Positions 62,131 through 64,000 of a stretch of DNA of 64,000 bases are shown piece after piece. The notes under the pieces are model-generated. The model made no database searches. It was given only the letters and a program-made list of their open reading frames with translations, and was not told the origin of the DNA. The stretch is from the human T2T-CHM13v2.0 reference genome, Homo sapiens, in the NCBI RefSeq assembly GCF_009914755.1, contig NC_060930.1; one strand, given 5' to 3'. The translations under genes and the position numbers were made by a program. How positions within the stretch are numbered: the stretch's first letter is position 1; each line of letters begins with the position of its first letter.

Positions 62131-63292
62131 TCGTCTACGTGTGGACCAGTATTACCATGTGTGTGTTAGATCAATTCAGGGGAGCCTACAGAAAGCAGAG
62201 ATTTTGTCCTGATTCCCATTTAACCTGAAGTCCTAAATGAGAATCAGGACAGAAATGTCCTGATTAGGACTCAGGCTAACTGGCAAGTGTAGCAAGGTAC
62301 AGCCATGTTAGACAGATGGAGAGGCTGCTTTTTACCTTTCCTGGGGTGACCTTGATATTCGAGTGACACAAACAGGACCCAGAAGTAGCCAAGAACCTAA
62401 CTGGAAATCTGTCCTGAGTGGTTCTCTGTGGCATGGCCTCCTGTGCCAAGGACCTGGGGTTCACAGCCATTCCTCAGAGGACTCTTGCCTGTCTGTGGAA
62501 GCTGAGTGGTGGGGGCAGGAGCCCGATACAGACCAGATCTTGAATTAGAGCAGCTTCAGGCTTCATCTGGGAACAGTGAAAGAACGGGTGTCAGCACTCC
62601 AGGACCAGAGAAGGCAGGGACGGCGTGTTCCTTCCCAGAAGCTGGAGAACCCCGCCCCTACTCCATGCCACCTTAGAGAGAAGCAGGGGAGGGGGAGGCA
62701 TCTGCAATATTGAGCGTTGTTACCCAAAGAACAGCCTACATATTTGCTGAAGATGCTGTTTAATTGACAAGATTTGACTATGTTTAATGCAGGTAGAATA
62801 ATTAAATTTGATCACCAACCACCCAGTGTGTGCATGGGGGACAGGAGCATGCTGTCTGCTGAGGCAAGTAGGGTGACTAGAAACAAGAACAAATTGCCAC
62901 TTTTTCTCTGCACCAGGGTTGTCAGTGGCAGGTAATTTAATGATCCTAGTATGCAGCTAAGCATCAGAACACATGACACATTTGCCTTCTACTTCGGTCC
63001 TTCCCAATGTCTTCCGGGAAAAATGAATGATCTAATGAGTGGCTGTGCACGGAGGCCTAATTCAGGGAGATGAGGTCTCAGTCACACGTTGAGTCTCCTT
63101 TCCAGTGGCCCTTATGGCTGAGGGAGACAGTGTCCCCTGGGCTGCACCAGTTGGAAGAGAAGGCGGAGTTTTCACAGCCCTGGTTAGAAGTGGGAGGGAA
63201 GAGGTCAGGTCCTCAAGAGGAAGAGGAAGCAAAAAAAGAAAGAAGGAACTGACAGAACTGAGATAGGGCTGGGCAAGAGGGAGAAAGGAGAT

Positions 63293-63532
63293 GAAAGAAA
63301 AAAAGAAAGAAAAGAAAAGAAGGAAGGAAAAGAAAGAGAGAGAGAGAGAGAGAAGGAAGGAAGGAAGGAAGGAGAAGGAAAGAAGGAAAGAAAAAAGAAA
63401 GAAAGGAAAGAAAGAAAGAGAAAGGAAAGAAGGGAGGGAGGGAAGGAAGGGAGAAGAGAGAGAGGAAGAAAGGAAGGAAGGAAGAAAAAGAAAGAAAGAG
63501 GAAGGGAGGGAGAGAAAAAGAGAGAGAAAGGA
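63293..63532 (+). repeat. Polypurine (GAAA/GGAA/GA)n low-complexity tract
   Basis: About 240 nt containing only A and G. Confidence 0.95.
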
Positions 63533-64000
63533 CATCAGAGAATGGAGCTGGGGGGAAAAAAAGATTCAAACACAAAGAAATTCAAAACCAAGAGTGTCCC
63601 AAAATTAGAATAAAAAAGAAACTAAAACACAAAGATAAACAATAAGCGAGAATAATGAATAAAGACAAGAGAAGAGGGGAGAGGTGGAGGTATCAAAAGG
63701 AGATGCTAAAATAAACCCCAAAACCAAAGCAACATGAGAAGCCTCAGGCTGAGCTCATCACAGCAGGCATGCCAGCAGGGGCACAGGGGAGGAGACAGCA
63801 AGGGAGGAACCAAGGAGGGACTGGCAAAGGTGAGCACAAGCAGGTGCAGGAAATATGTTGGGGAGGCAACGGGCAAGGGCTGAAGAACAAGTGGGGAAGA
63901 AGACACGGATGAAAGAGAGTGAAGAGGAGTCCTCCTGAAATAAGGAACCGAAATAAAGACCAATGAATGAATGAATGCAGTGTTTTCATTCACATAATAA

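Noticed and set aside
63062-63608. Lys/Arg/Glu-rich and Phe/Ser/Leu-rich ORFs
   Set aside because: Artefacts of the polypurine tract, which cannot contain stop codons

Overview
This is mammalian (primate, almost certainly human 6q24) genomic DNA. It holds PEX3 coding exons 2-12 on the + strand (exon 1 lies upstream of the window). A disabled processed VDAC1 pseudogene (probably VDAC1P8) follows about 1.2 kb after the PEX3 stop on the same strand. The complete 7-exon FUCA2 gene lies on the - strand, convergent with PEX3, with its CpG-island promoter at ~57.6-58.4 kb. Both genes splice at GT-AG junctions into intact frames: FUCA2 is 1404 nt (467 aa) and PEX3 exons 2-12 total 1049 nt. The rest is mostly interspersed repeats (Alu, L1PA/L1M, L2, MIR, MLT1, Tigger/MER44, hAT-Charlie). 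I find no support for a new protein-coding system; the other ORFs are repeat-derived or shadow frames. The most unusual signals are insertion and repair scars: a tRNA-Gly(TCC) 5'-half copy next to a tailless fold-back Alu fragment, a 5'-inverted (twin-primed) Alu, a re-used L1 target site at the pseudogene, and several local templated duplications with inverted repeats. The FUCA2 3' end also probably lies inside a Tigger DNA transposon. Repeat subfamily names and edges are by-eye estimates.
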